64,000 bases of DNA, taken from contig DATENC010000020.1 in assembly GCA_035275265.1 (NCBI GenBank), positions 158,744 to 222,743 on the forward strand. Reading direction: 5' to 3'. How positions within the stretch are numbered: the first letter of the stretch is position 1; every line of letters begins with the position of its first letter. This document shows positions 10,761 through 19,215 of this stretch, piece after piece. This DNA comes from Burkholderiales bacterium (lineage in GTDB: Bacteria > Pseudomonadota > Gammaproteobacteria > Burkholderiales > JACQAP01). Under the pieces are notes generated by a model that saw only the letters and a program-made list of their open reading frames with translations, was not told where the DNA came from and searched no databases. Both the position numbers and the translations under genes were made by a program.

Positions 10761-11222
10761 TCAATTGATGTAAGCCGTCATGACGTACTGATGAACAGTC
10801 GTGTCGCTTGGACTTATCCACCGGAGAGTCACTGTGGTTTGTGTTCCGGGCGATGCGACGCCCGGCTCGGGTACCCATGTCGCGGCGCCAACCGTGACGA
10901 TCGGCGGGTGTGCTGTCGCACCCGGCAGCGATGCGTCGACCCGTGCGACCCAGTCGGTCAACGCCGGCGGCGGGGTGCCGCTTCCAGCGTATTCGTAGCT
11001 CGCCAGCGCCGCGCGGTTCAACCACATTTCGCCGACCAACTGACTGGCCAGGTTGCTGGCCTCGGCGCGGTCGCGGGAGTCGGCGGCAAGCCTGATCCCC
11101 ATCGCCTGCATGCCGATCATTGCCAGGATGCCGACCGAAAAAATCAGGATGCCGATCAGCGCCTCGAGCAGCATTACGCCTGACTGGGCATTGCGCAGCG
11201 AGCGCCTTGAAGTCGTTTTCAT
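10761..11222 (-). CDS. pilV: type IV pilus modification/minor pilin PilV
   Basis: 'QSG|VMLLEALIGILIFSVGILA' prepilin cleavage/methylation motif, 153 aa, in operon context. Confidence 0.8.
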   Translation of the reverse strand: MKTTSRRSLRNAQSGVMLLEALIGILIFSVGILAMIGMQAMGIRLAADSRDRAEASNLASQLVGEMWLNRAALASYEYAGSGTPPPALTDWVARVDASLPGATAHPPIVTVGAATWVPEPGVASPGTQTTVTLRWISPSDTTVHQYVMTAYIN

Positions 11223-11235
11223 GTGGAAGCTCCGG

Positions 11236-11763
11236 TTAGCATTTCCGGGAATCGCCCGCTGTCAATACCTGCGGGTCGCACATCTTGATGTGGCCCCCTA
11301 CTGCCACCGTCAAGTTGAGGCAGCGCATGTTTGTGTTTCCGGTGCCGCAGGCGCCGCCAGTCGGATTCGTTACCTGGATGGTTGCAGCCGCCGGAAGATT
11401 CGTCTTTCCCAAGCCGTCGAAGGTGATTGCCGGATCGGTCGTTGCAACCACCGCGTTGGGGCTTCCCTCCGCAGCACTACGCGATTGAACCAGTGCCGGT
11501 TCCGCTGCAGAAGGAGAGTCGATGGTCACGGACCAGCTCGAATCCGGTCCACTCATCGTGAAGGTGACCGACTTGTTGCGCTGTATCGCGTTGGCACGCG
11601 CCAATTGCAGCCCGTTTGAAATCGACTCGGCCGCATTGCGCAACTGCATGCTCTGCAGCCAGGCGGCGAAACTCGGCGCGCCCAGCGCAAGCAAGACGCC
11701 CACGATTACCAAGCCGATAAGCAGTTCGATCAGCGTCACGCCGGTCGCAAATCGCGTGCGCAT
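11236..11763 (-). CDS. GspH/FimT-family minor pilin (FimT/FimU-like)
   Basis: 'TG|VTLIELLIGLVIVGVLLALGAPSF..W....L...A..I...L..AR..AI' is the typical FimT/GspH N-terminus. The ATG at 11763 overlaps the upstream gene's TGA by 1 nt. Confidence 0.75.
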   Translation of the reverse strand: MRTRFATGVTLIELLIGLVIVGVLLALGAPSFAAWLQSMQLRNAAESISNGLQLARANAIQRNKSVTFTMSGPDSSWSVTIDSPSAAEPALVQSRSAAEGSPNAVVATTDPAITFDGLGKTNLPAAATIQVTNPTGGACGTGNTNMRCLNLTVAVGGHIKMCDPQVLTAGDSRKC

Positions 11764-12188
11764 CAGCAGCTCCCGTTCTTTCTTACGATCCAGCATGTCG
11801 TGTTCGCTGTCCAACCCTTCGCAGCGGCGGGCCCAGTGATGACAGTCGCTCTGGCGTTGCTCTGGTCGATGGTGAAAGCGATTCCTTCGACATCGGTTCC
11901 CGCGTTGCCGGCGGCCTGGATCGTATAAGTAGTGGCGGTCTGGACCGGACAGGTGTAAGCAAAGTAACGTGCATTCGTCGTCGAGCACGGCATGCCTGAG
12001 TACATCCTGTTGTCCTGGAACCACTGCTCCGACTGCACCCGCATGGCAAGGAGATTCGAATAAGCCTCGGTCAACCTGCCGCGGACCACATACTGGTTGT
12101 AGGAAGGCAGAGCAATCGCGGCGAGAACGCCGACGACGGCTACAGTGATCATCAGTTCGATTAACGTGAACCCGCCAGGTTTCTTCAT
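11763..12188 (-). CDS. pilE: type IV pilin-like protein (PilE-type minor pilin)
   Basis: 'MKKPGG|[36 protein letters not shown]' is the canonical type IVa prepilin N-terminus. C-terminal Cys pair. First gene of the operon. Confidence 0.8.
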   Translation of the reverse strand: MKKPGGFTLIELMITVAVVGVLAAIALPSYNQYVVRGRLTEAYSNLLAMRVQSEQWFQDNRMYSGMPCSTTNARYFAYTCPVQTATTYTIQAAGNAGTDVEGIAFTIDQSNARATVITGPAAAKGWTANTTCWIVRKNGSC

Positions 12189-12271
12189 GCATCCCTCCTT
12201 TTTGGTATGCCAAGACTAGCGACAGGAATATCGGTATGCCACTGTGTTCCGACAAGAGGTCGGTTTGGCAG

Positions 12272-12280
12272 AACGAACGG
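12272..12280 (-). promoter_or_regulatory. AlgR-box-like 9-mer upstream of the minor-pilin operon
   Basis: The minus strand reads CCGTTCGTT, matching 8 of 9 positions of the P. aeruginosa AlgR consensus CCGTTCGTC. It lies ~85 nt upstream of the pilE-like ATG. This is a single short match only. Confidence 0.25.
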
Positions 12281-12334
12281 CGGGGAAAACCCTAGCCACG
12301 GGACGCCAGTGGCACTATCTTTGGCAGACGAATA

Positions 12335-13195
12335 ATGTCAGTGAGAAACGATTTCGCGGTTTGTTCGACAGGGCTTGCGCAAAAGGTGACGGAGAACGGC
12401 CGGCATGAATTGTTTTTTCATCAAGCCATGCAAAGAGAGGCGATGCTAAGCGAGACCTACCATATGTTCCGCGGGCCACTGGACCAGGACCAGCGACTGG
12501 GCATGGCGCTGATCGCGTCAGTGCTGCTGCATGCGCTGATGTGGGTATCGCTGTCGTCCTATTTCCTCCCCGGCAGCGTTGTTGCCAGGCCTGTGTATGC
12601 ACCGTTGAGCATCCGGATTGAGAGATCGCCCAAGTCGCCAGCGACGCCAGTCGTGATCAACGATAAAAAGGCATTGCTGCGGCAGAAGCTCAGCACGCCC
12701 AAGCCGGTGGCTATTGCCGCGCCTGTGGACTTCGAGCCTTCCTCATCTCAGCCAGGCGTATCGATCTCGGACGCGATGTATTTGCGGCCGATTTCCAGTC
12801 ATGTCAGCAGTTCACTGCTTGCAACTGGTGAGTTTCTGCGCTCTTCCGATATAAGCCAAAAACCCGAAGTGATTGCGATGAGAGTTCCAAAGTATCCCCG
12901 ATCGGCATGGGAGCGTAAGGCTTCCGGCTGGGTCGTCGTAATGTTCCTGGTGGATGAACGAGGCAAGGTGGTCGATATTGCGGCGGTGGAATCCAGCGAG
13001 TCGTTCGGTGACTACGAAAGAGACATCGCAGAGGATCTGCGACATTCCACTTTTGTTCCGGGAAAACTCGACGGCCGCGCGGTCAAGGCGCTGACGTTTG
13101 CCAAGGTACGGTTCGACTACAGGGACTCATCCGGACTTGAACCCGCCACGCACGCAAGAGCACCGGTTTCGATCGCAAACGACCAAACGCGCTAA
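12335..13195 (+). CDS. TonB-family C-terminal-domain protein
   Basis: Single N-terminal TM 'LGMALIASVLLHALMWVSL'. C-terminal 'PKYPRSAWERKASGWVVVMFLVDERGKVVDIAAVESS...' is the TonB-C fold pattern. Start is uncertain, with in-frame ATGs at 12428, 12443 and 12464. Confidence 0.6.
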   Translation: MSVRNDFAVCSTGLAQKVTENGRHELFFHQAMQREAMLSETYHMFRGPLDQDQRLGMALIASVLLHALMWVSLSSYFLPGSVVARPVYAPLSIRIERSPKSPATPVVINDKKALLRQKLSTPKPVAIAAPVDFEPSSSQPGVSISDAMYLRPISSHVSSSLLATGEFLRSSDISQKPEVIAMRVPKYPRSAWERKASGWVVVMFLVDERGKVVDIAAVESSESFGDYERDIAEDLRHSTFVPGKLDGRAVKALTFAKVRFDYRDSSGLEPATHARAPVSIANDQTR

Positions 13196-13316
13196 ATTCC
13201 TTGATGGATTCCGCGTTTGTACTGTCCAGACAGGTTATTTGAGCGGTCCTTGGAGACACTGCAAAGGCACGCTGCGTTCAGCCACAAACCTTTGATTTCT
13301 TGACAGTCCATAAGGT

Positions 13317-13345
13317 TAGACACAGTCCAACCCCTATCCTATAAT
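13317..13345 (+). promoter_or_regulatory. sigma70-like promoter of the Fur-family gene
   Basis: TAGACA (13317-13322), 17 nt, then TATAAT (13340-13345). The -10 box overlaps the first ATG (13344), which implies use of ATG 13353 on a near-leaderless mRNA. TATAATGACAAACATGGAG matches the 19-bp Fur-box consensus at about 12 of 19 positions. Confidence 0.35.
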
Positions 13346-13781
13346 GACAAACATGGAGATCACGCAATACACCCGCGACAACCTTGCAGAAAAACTGCGG
13401 ACCCACGGCATCAATCCGACCCACCAGCGAATCGAGATCGGATTCGCGTTGTTCTCGCGTCACGAACATCTTTCGGCCGACCAGATCATGGCGATCGTAA
13501 ACACTCGCCACTCGGAAACTTCGAAGGCGACCGTGTACAACACGCTCAATCTGTTTCTCGAGAAGAAATTGATCCGTGAAGTGATCGTGGATCCGAGCAA
13601 GGTGTTCTACGATCCCAACACTGAACCGCACTATCACATGTACGACCTTGAAAGCGGCAGGCTCACCGATATCGATGCCGCGGACGTGCGTGTCACCGGA
13701 TTGCCGACCCTGCCTTCGGGCATGGTGACGGAGAGCATGGACATTGTCATCCGCGTCCGGCCTTCGGACGCCGCGCACTGA
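13344..13781 (+). CDS. Fur-family transcriptional regulator (Irr-like, Cys-free)
   Basis: Winged-helix 'THQRIEIGFALF...HLSADQI........SKATVYNTLNLF'. The C-terminal half has 'YDPNTEPHYHMYD' and contains no cysteine. Alternative start at 13353. Confidence 0.8.
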   Translation: MTNMEITQYTRDNLAEKLRTHGINPTHQRIEIGFALFSRHEHLSADQIMAIVNTRHSETSKATVYNTLNLFLEKKLIREVIVDPSKVFYDPNTEPHYHMYDLESGRLTDIDAADVRVTGLPTLPSGMVTESMDIVIRVRPSDAAH

Positions 13782-13787
13782 AGTTTC

Positions 13788-14579
13788 CTAACGCCCGGTG
13801 AATTTTGCCGGACGTTTTCCCTTGAATGCCGTCACACCCTCGCGGAAGTCCTCGCTGTTCGCTGCTTCGCGCTGCAGGTCGCGCTCCAGATCGAGCTGCT
13901 GCTCGAACGTGTTCGCCGCCGAAGCGTAAAGTGCCCGCTTGATAAGCGCCAGTGCCTTGGTAGCCTGTGTGGCAAGGCGCCGGGCCAGAGCCTGGGCTTC
14001 GTCGAATAACTTGTCGTCATCCACGCATTTCCAGATCAATCCCCATTGCTCGGCCTGTTCGGCGCTGATCTGCTCCGCAAGCATTGCGGCGGCCATTGCC
14101 CGGGCGGTGCCGACCAGCCGTGGCAGCGTGTAGGTGCCGCCGGCGTCCGGGATCAACCCGATGCGTGCAAAGGCCTGGAGAAAGCTTGCCGATCTTGCAG
14201 CGATCACGATATCGCAAGCGAGAGCCAGGTTGCAGCCTGCACCGGCGGCCACGCCATTGACCGCGCACACCACCGGCATCGGCAGCGCCCGAAGGGATTT
14301 GAGTAGCGGGTTGTAGTTTTTTTCGAGGGATTCGCCGACATCGACCTGGGCCGTGGCCGGAGACATCATTCGCTCCGACAAATCCTGGCCGGCGCAGAAG
14401 CCGCGCCCAGCGCCGGTGATCAGCAGCGCACGGACGTTCTTCTCGCCTTTGATCCGGGCCAGCGCTTCACGCAGTTCCGCGTGCATTTCGGCGGTGAAGG
14501 CGTTGAGCCTTTCAGGGCGATTGAGGGTCACGGTTGCGACGCCCTCGGCGATATCCAATAAAATGGTGTTGAGCTTCAC
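13788..14579 (-). CDS. paaG: enoyl-CoA hydratase/isomerase, PaaG-like
   Basis: Matches E. coli PaaG block by block from memory: '[11 protein letters not shown]', '[16 protein letters not shown]', '[12 protein letters not shown]', 'IAARSA.F..AF...GLIPD.GGT', 'QLDLERD'. GTG start at 14579 is preceded by AGAGGAA. The track ORF extends further upstream without support. Confidence 0.75.
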   Translation of the reverse strand: MKLNTILLDIAEGVATVTLNRPERLNAFTAEMHAELREALARIKGEKNVRALLITGAGRGFCAGQDLSERMMSPATAQVDVGESLEKNYNPLLKSLRALPMPVVCAVNGVAAGAGCNLALACDIVIAARSASFLQAFARIGLIPDAGGTYTLPRLVGTARAMAAAMLAEQISAEQAEQWGLIWKCVDDDKLFDEAQALARRLATQATKALALIKRALYASAANTFEQQLDLERDLQREAANSEDFREGVTAFKGKRPAKFTGR

Positions 14580-14657
14580 TGGCGTTTTCCTCTTTTTGTC
14601 CCCATCCGCACGCGCGGATTCCAGCGGATTATAAAACCCTATCAGGAAGGATCGGTC

Positions 14658-15440
14658 ATGGCGCACCAGAACATCATCGTTGAGGTTCGCGGCAAAGTTG
14701 GTGTAATCACGCTCAACCGGCCGCACGCGCTGAATGCACTTTCACCGGAACTGATGCGGGAACTCGCTTCCGCGCTCGATGCCTTTGAAGGCGACGACAA
14801 CATCGGTTGCATGGTCGTCACCGGCAGCGACAAGGCCTTTGCGGCAGGCGCCGACATCAAAGCGATGAAGGAAAAGACCTACATGGACGTATTCAAAGCA
14901 GACTTCATCACTGCCGAGTGGGAGCGCATTAGCAACTGTCGAAAACCAGTGATCGCCGCGGTGGCGGGCTACGCGCTTGGCGGCGGCTGTGAACTTGCGA
15001 TGATGTGCGACTTCATTATCGCGGCCGACAACGCCAGATTCGGCCAACCTGAAATAAATCTTGCAATCATCCCGGGCGCCGGTGGCACTCAGCGCTTGCC
15101 GCGCTTCGTCGGCAAGTCCAAAGCGATGGAAATGGTGCTGCTGGGGCAAGCGCGCATGATGGATGCGGCGGAAGCCGAGCGCGTCGGCCTCGTGAGCCGG
15201 GTGGTACCGCTTGCCGAACTCATGAACGAAGCGATGAAGGCCGCCGGAAAAATCTGCGAACTGTCGCTGCCAGTGGTGATGATGGCCAAGGAATCGGTGA
15301 ACCGCGCTTTTGAAACCCCGCTGGCAGAAGGCGTGCGCTTCGAGCGCCGCCTGTTTCACTCCGGTTTCGCGATCGAAGACCAGAAGGAAGGCATGGCGGC
15401 TTTCGTCGAAAAGCGTAAACCGGTCTTCAGGAATCGCTAG
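14658..15440 (+). CDS. short-chain enoyl-CoA hydratase (crotonase, PaaF/ECHS1-like)
   Basis: 'ITLNRP.ALNAL', '[10 protein letters not shown]', '[19 protein letters not shown]', '[18 protein letters not shown]'. Divergent from the paaG-like gene. Confidence 0.85.
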   Translation: MAHQNIIVEVRGKVGVITLNRPHALNALSPELMRELASALDAFEGDDNIGCMVVTGSDKAFAAGADIKAMKEKTYMDVFKADFITAEWERISNCRKPVIAAVAGYALGGGCELAMMCDFIIAADNARFGQPEINLAIIPGAGGTQRLPRFVGKSKAMEMVLLGQARMMDAAEAERVGLVSRVVPLAELMNEAMKAAGKICELSLPVVMMAKESVNRAFETPLAEGVRFERRLFHSGFAIEDQKEGMAAFVEKRKPVFRNR

Positions 15441-15480
15441 GGAAACTGTGCATTCGGGACCTGTGCACGGGTTACCTGCA

Positions 15481-15509
15481 TTGCCCGAGCGCCGGCGCGG
15501 CCTTATAAT
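15481..15509 (+). promoter_or_regulatory. sigma70-like promoter of tRNA-Thr
   Basis: TTGCCC (15481-15486), 17 nt, then TATAAT (15504-15509). The tRNA 5' end is 10 nt downstream. Confidence 0.5.
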
Positions 15510-15519
15510 CCGCGCCTTT

Positions 15520-15595
15520 GCCGCTGTAGCTCAGTTGGTAGAGCAGCGCATTCGTAATGCGAAGGTCGCCAGTTCGACTCCGGCCAGCGGCACCA
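15520..15595 (+). tRNA. tRNA-Thr (anticodon CGU)
   Basis: The 76-nt cloverleaf folds by hand. Acceptor stem GCCGCTG/CAGCGGC is 7/7; D arm GCTC-AGTTGGTA-GAGC; anticodon loop TT-CGT-AA; T loop TTCGACT; encoded CCA. There is one A:C mismatch in the T stem. It is near-identical to E. coli thrW through the D and anticodon arms. Confidence 0.9.
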
Positions 15596-15620
15596 ATCCC
15601 CGGATATTGCAGCGCCGGTT

Positions 15621-15660
15621 CAGAGGGCGAGGCATCGCTATTGTCCAGACGAGGGAATTG
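15621..15660. repeat. degenerate purine-rich half-element (GAGGGNN family)
   Basis: AGAGGGCGAGG ... AGACGAGGGAAT resembles the left arms at 53423 and 34665. No complementary arm lies nearby. Confidence 0.3.
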
Positions 15661-15662
15661 TC

Positions 15663-15968
15663 GTGAGCAAGGCGCTAATCATGCTGTTGCTGGCAACTCC
15701 CACAATTGCTCTCGCCGAAGATGATGGCAACGAACTTCTGGACTTCATGCAGCGGCCGGCGGCTCGTGGCGTGGCGCTCGCGTACATCGATAACGTCAGA
15801 ACAGAATGGGACGGCACGCTGTTCTGTATTCCCGGGGACGATGAGCAGGCACGGGCATTCGACGCCGTGAAGCTTTATCTGGAGGCCAATCCGGAACAAC
15901 GCTTCCGGCCACGCCGGTACCTGATCATCCAGGGGTTGCGCGCTAGGTATCCCTGCGAGCCCAAGTAG
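15663..15968 (+). CDS. small secreted protein, Rap1a/Tai4-immunity-like pattern
   Basis: GTG start. Signal peptide 'MSKALIMLLLATPTIALA'. 'GNELLDF', 'FCIPGD', 'KLYLEANPEQR' and C-terminal 'YPCE' match my recollection of the Rap1a/Tai4 layout. Not verified by profile search. Confidence 0.45.
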   Translation: MSKALIMLLLATPTIALAEDDGNELLDFMQRPAARGVALAYIDNVRTEWDGTLFCIPGDDEQARAFDAVKLYLEANPEQRFRPRRYLIIQGLRARYPCEPK

Positions 15969-15999
15969 CCGGCGGCTGGCCTTCCCGAGCTATCTTCTT

Positions 16000-16440
16000 C
16001 TAGCGGTATACCAGCACCGGGATCTTGCTGTGGGTGAGCACCTTGGTGGTCTCGCTTCCCAGCAACAGTGCCGACAGCCCGCGGCGTCCGTGCGAAGCCA
16101 TGAATATCAGGTCGCAATCGCGCTGGTTCGCCGCTTCGATGATGCCTTCCCACGGATGATCGTTCACCAGCGTCAGTGTTTCGCAGTCCATACCCGCAGC
16201 GCGCGCCTGCTCTTCGAGCGCTTTCACCAGCCGCTCGCCGCGCGCGAGCGCGTCGCGCTCGAACTGTTCGGCAAGAACATCACTGGGTCCCGCCTCGGTG
16301 TATATCAGGTACGAAGTGGCGGGTATTGCATGAAAGCCGACCACGCTGGCGCCCACCAACTTCGCGAACTCGATTCCCTTCTTGACCGCCGAATCGCATA
16401 ACGCAGATCCGTCGGTCGGCAGCAGGATTCTCCGGTACAT
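16000..16440 (-). CDS. universal stress protein (UspA family)
   Basis: 'MYRRILLPTDGS', 'DLIFMASHGRRGLSALLLGSETTKVLTHSKIPVLV' is the ATP-binding UspA signature. Confidence 0.85.
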   Translation of the reverse strand: MYRRILLPTDGSALCDSAVKKGIEFAKLVGASVVGFHAIPATSYLIYTEAGPSDVLAEQFERDALARGERLVKALEEQARAAGMDCETLTLVNDHPWEGIIEAANQRDCDLIFMASHGRRGLSALLLGSETTKVLTHSKIPVLVYR

Positions 16441-16535
16441 GGCCCACCCCCTTTCACTCGACCACTACTCACCAATCTACAGCCGTTTGCGCCAACTGTT
16501 GGATAATTGTTGCCGCTCGCGAATAAGGAACAAAA

Positions 16536-17681
16536 ATGAAAATCACCGAAATAAGAATCCACGTTCTCAAGAGCACACTGGCGGAACCGTTCGCGTTTTC
16601 CCAAGGCTGGGTGAAGCAGCGATCGGCCACGCTGGTCGAAGTGCTCACCGATGAGGGTATCACCGGTTGGGGCGAAGCGTTTGCCCAGGGGCTCGAGCCG
16701 CCCGAAATCGCCGCCACCGTGATCGACAAGGCCTTGAAGCCGCTGGTGACAGGCGCCGACCCGCTGGACATCGAAGTGCTCTGGCACCGCATGTATCACA
16801 TGACCCGCGACTACGGCCGCAAGGGCTCTGTGGTAGCTGGAATCAGCGCAGTGGACATCGCCCTTTGGGACATCGCCGGAAAGTTCCACGAGGTTCCAGT
16901 GTACAAGCTGCTCGGCGGCGCATTTCGCAACAGAGTCCAACCTTACGCCACCGGGTTCTATCGCATCAAGGGTCAGGGTGAAGCCAAGCGCCTCGGCGAC
17001 GAAGCCGTACGCCACTACGAGGGAGGCTTCTCGCTGATGAAAGTGAAGCTTGGCTACGGCGTGGATGATGATATTGCCTGCATGAAGGAAATCGGTCGCG
17101 TCATCCAAGGCAAACCGATCACGCTGATGGTGGATACCAACCACGCGTATGGTCGTGCGGAGGCGCTCCGGCTCGGCCGCGCGCTGGAAGAATACGACCT
17201 GCGCTGGTACGAGGAACCGGTGGTACCCGAGGATGTCAGAGGCTACGTCGAGATGCGGCAGAAACTTTCGATGCCGATCGCAGGCGGCGAGAACGAGCAC
17301 ACGCTTTACGGCTTTCGCGAATTCCTGGGCGCCGGCGCGGTGGACGTAGCACAGCCGGATATTGGATCCTGCGGTGGCATCTCCGCGGGCAGGCACATCA
17401 TCGCGCTGGCGCAGTCGCATGGAGTACAGGTAAACCCTCACGTGTGGGGCTCGGCGATCGCGCAAGCAGCCTCTCTACAACTGCTCGCCGCGATACCGTC
17501 GGCCCACCACTCCCTGTTCGCATTGGAGCCCGTCCTCGAGTATGACCGCTCGACGCATCCTTTCCGCCAATATCTGATCACCAAGCCGATCCAGCAGGTG
17601 CAAGGATGGGTCGAAATACCATCGGGCCCGGGGTTGGGCATCGATGTAGACCGCACGGTACTGGAAAAGTACCGCGCCTGA
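16536..17681 (+). CDS. enolase-superfamily enzyme (mandelate racemase/muconate lactonizing family)
   Basis: 'GITGWGEAF', 'SAVDIALWDI.GK', 'KVKLG', 'LRWYEEPV', 'IAGGENE'. Substrate cannot be inferred. Confidence 0.85.
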   Translation: MKITEIRIHVLKSTLAEPFAFSQGWVKQRSATLVEVLTDEGITGWGEAFAQGLEPPEIAATVIDKALKPLVTGADPLDIEVLWHRMYHMTRDYGRKGSVVAGISAVDIALWDIAGKFHEVPVYKLLGGAFRNRVQPYATGFYRIKGQGEAKRLGDEAVRHYEGGFSLMKVKLGYGVDDDIACMKEIGRVIQGKPITLMVDTNHAYGRAEALRLGRALEEYDLRWYEEPVVPEDVRGYVEMRQKLSMPIAGGENEHTLYGFREFLGAGAVDVAQPDIGSCGGISAGRHIIALAQSHGVQVNPHVWGSAIAQAASLQLLAAIPSAHHSLFALEPVLEYDRSTHPFRQYLITKPIQQVQGWVEIPSGPGLGIDVDRTVLEKYRA

Positions 17682-17784
17682 CACGGCCAATCAATCAGTC
17701 CCGCTATGCACGGCGCGCCGCTTGCTCGAGGCTATAATCGGGACTTAGTTTCATATTCGATTCTGACCGGAGGGGAGGATAGCA

Positions 17785-18078
17785 ATGAAAAGCAAAAAGC
17801 CATTGATGCCGCGGCGCACACTTCTCAAGAGCGTGGCGGTTCTGGCGGCATCGTTCGTGGTGGAGCCCTTATCGGCGCAACAGAACCGCAAGAAGCCGCA
17901 GCAACCGGGCATGCGTATACGCACGCGGGCAGAAATAGGCTATCGCGACGAACCTTACCTCGGGCGCACCTGTGCCAAGTGCGTGCTATACGCTGGAGAC
18001 GGCAAATGCGTCATCGTCAGTGAACCGGTGAGCTCTGAAGGCTGGTGCCCGCAGTGGGTCCCCAACACGGTGGGATAA
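17785..18078 (+). CDS. high-potential iron-sulfur protein (HiPIP)
   Basis: Tat signal 'PRRTLLKSVAVLAA'. C-terminal C-x2-C-x8-C-x12-C ('CAKCVLYAGDGKCVIVSEPVSSEGWCPQW') with the GWC motif. Confidence 0.75.
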   Translation: MKSKKPLMPRRTLLKSVAVLAASFVVEPLSAQQNRKKPQQPGMRIRTRAEIGYRDEPYLGRTCAKCVLYAGDGKCVIVSEPVSSEGWCPQWVPNTVG

Positions 18079-18165
18079 CAACGCGGTCCGAGTAACGAGG
18101 TCCGGGTTTTCGAGTGTTCAGATTGTCACGCGGTCCTAGCACCTCGAACCTGCTGCGAAACGCCC

Positions 18166-18681
18166 ATGTCTGATCGTTCGTTCGAGCGCATTACCAGGAC
18201 GGACCTAAAGAAACTCGCTCGCCTGGCGCGGGCGGAGCGCGACGATTTCTTCGGCCGTCACAACGAATGGGCGATCCTGTATCGCAAGCGCATTGTCTGC
18301 ACCGCGCTGTGCCAGGGGGCGGCGCTGCATTACATCAACGGAACGACCGGTGTAAGCGAATTCAACGTGTGGACCTTTTACGCGGAGCATCCCGAAGCAC
18401 CGTTTCCGTTTCAGCAGATTGGCAAACTGGATTTCGGCAAGTCCAGGTTTGGCCAGGACGCGCTGAGTCCCGAGGCCTACCGAGGCAGACGGGTGGAGTT
18501 GCAGGGCCGTTCGCTGGACTGCAACCCCGGGGATGATCCGATCGAGGTACTGCAGTTGTATCTCAAGGGTGGCGATACGCCCTCGGCGCGCGAACTGCGC
18601 GATGAAGCGGTGGTGCTGCTCGAACCTGAACGGTACGTCGGCTACGTCGTCTGGCCTTCCCTTGCCGTATCGGTTTCCTAA
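18166..18681 (+). CDS. hypothetical protein
   Basis: 171-aa ORF with balanced composition and an ATG start. No motif recognised. Confidence 0.5.
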   Translation: MSDRSFERITRTDLKKLARLARAERDDFFGRHNEWAILYRKRIVCTALCQGAALHYINGTTGVSEFNVWTFYAEHPEAPFPFQQIGKLDFGKSRFGQDALSPEAYRGRRVELQGRSLDCNPGDDPIEVLQLYLKGGDTPSARELRDEAVVLLEPERYVGYVVWPSLAVSVS

Positions 18682-19002
18682 CCACTGTCGATGAACTAGG
18701 CGGCGGGCGCCCACGTGCCGCCGCACTGCGGAATTCTTGGCACCAGCCCTCTGTTTGGACCAATCAAGCCGGGTTTGTGACCGGCACAAGGAAGCCGGGA
18801 AATGACGCGGCCCCATCTGCGGGAGATTCTTCGATCCGCTGATGAGGCCGTCGTCTTTTTTATTGAATCAGATGACGAAGTGGGCGGTTGCTGCCTCCGC
18901 GTTTTTCTGATTCCTCCTCCCCCCGGCGTGTGGCCAAGAGTTCCTTGCGCGCCGCCGCCAAATGCTGCGCCGGCGAATGGTCGGTTACGTCCCGCTGCCC
19001 GA

Positions 19003-19215
19003 TCAGCTTTCGGGGTGCAAAACCTGCGCCGCGGGGCACTTCACACTGCCGTACGAGCAGAACAGGCAGCAGTCGCCGGGCTTGGGGCGCAGCACCTCGT
19101 GGCAACTCCTGCACTCGCAGGTCAAGAGTGCCGTCACGGGGGACATCACCATTTCCCGCTGAGATCTGCATATCGGGCAGGTCAGGACCGAAATCTGGAC
19201 GGTTCCGCGTCTCAT
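19003..19215 (-). CDS. GDCCVxC-domain Cys-rich small protein
   Basis: 'LTCPIC...C.C..C...LRPKPGDCCLFCSYGSVKCP' matches the GDCCVxC (seleno)protein family layout, with Cys (not UGA) at all positions. Confidence 0.75.
   Translation of the reverse strand: MRRGTVQISVLTCPICRSQREMVMSPVTALLTCECRSCHEVLRPKPGDCCLFCSYGSVKCPAAQVLHPES

Noticed and set aside
12309-12325. Sigma-54 promoter-like TGGCAC-N5-TTGGCA on the plus strand, upstream of the TonB-like gene.
   Set aside because: The -12 GC dinucleotide is displaced by one position relative to the GG-N10-GC rule. The element is only ~10 nt from the first in-frame ATG. Not called.
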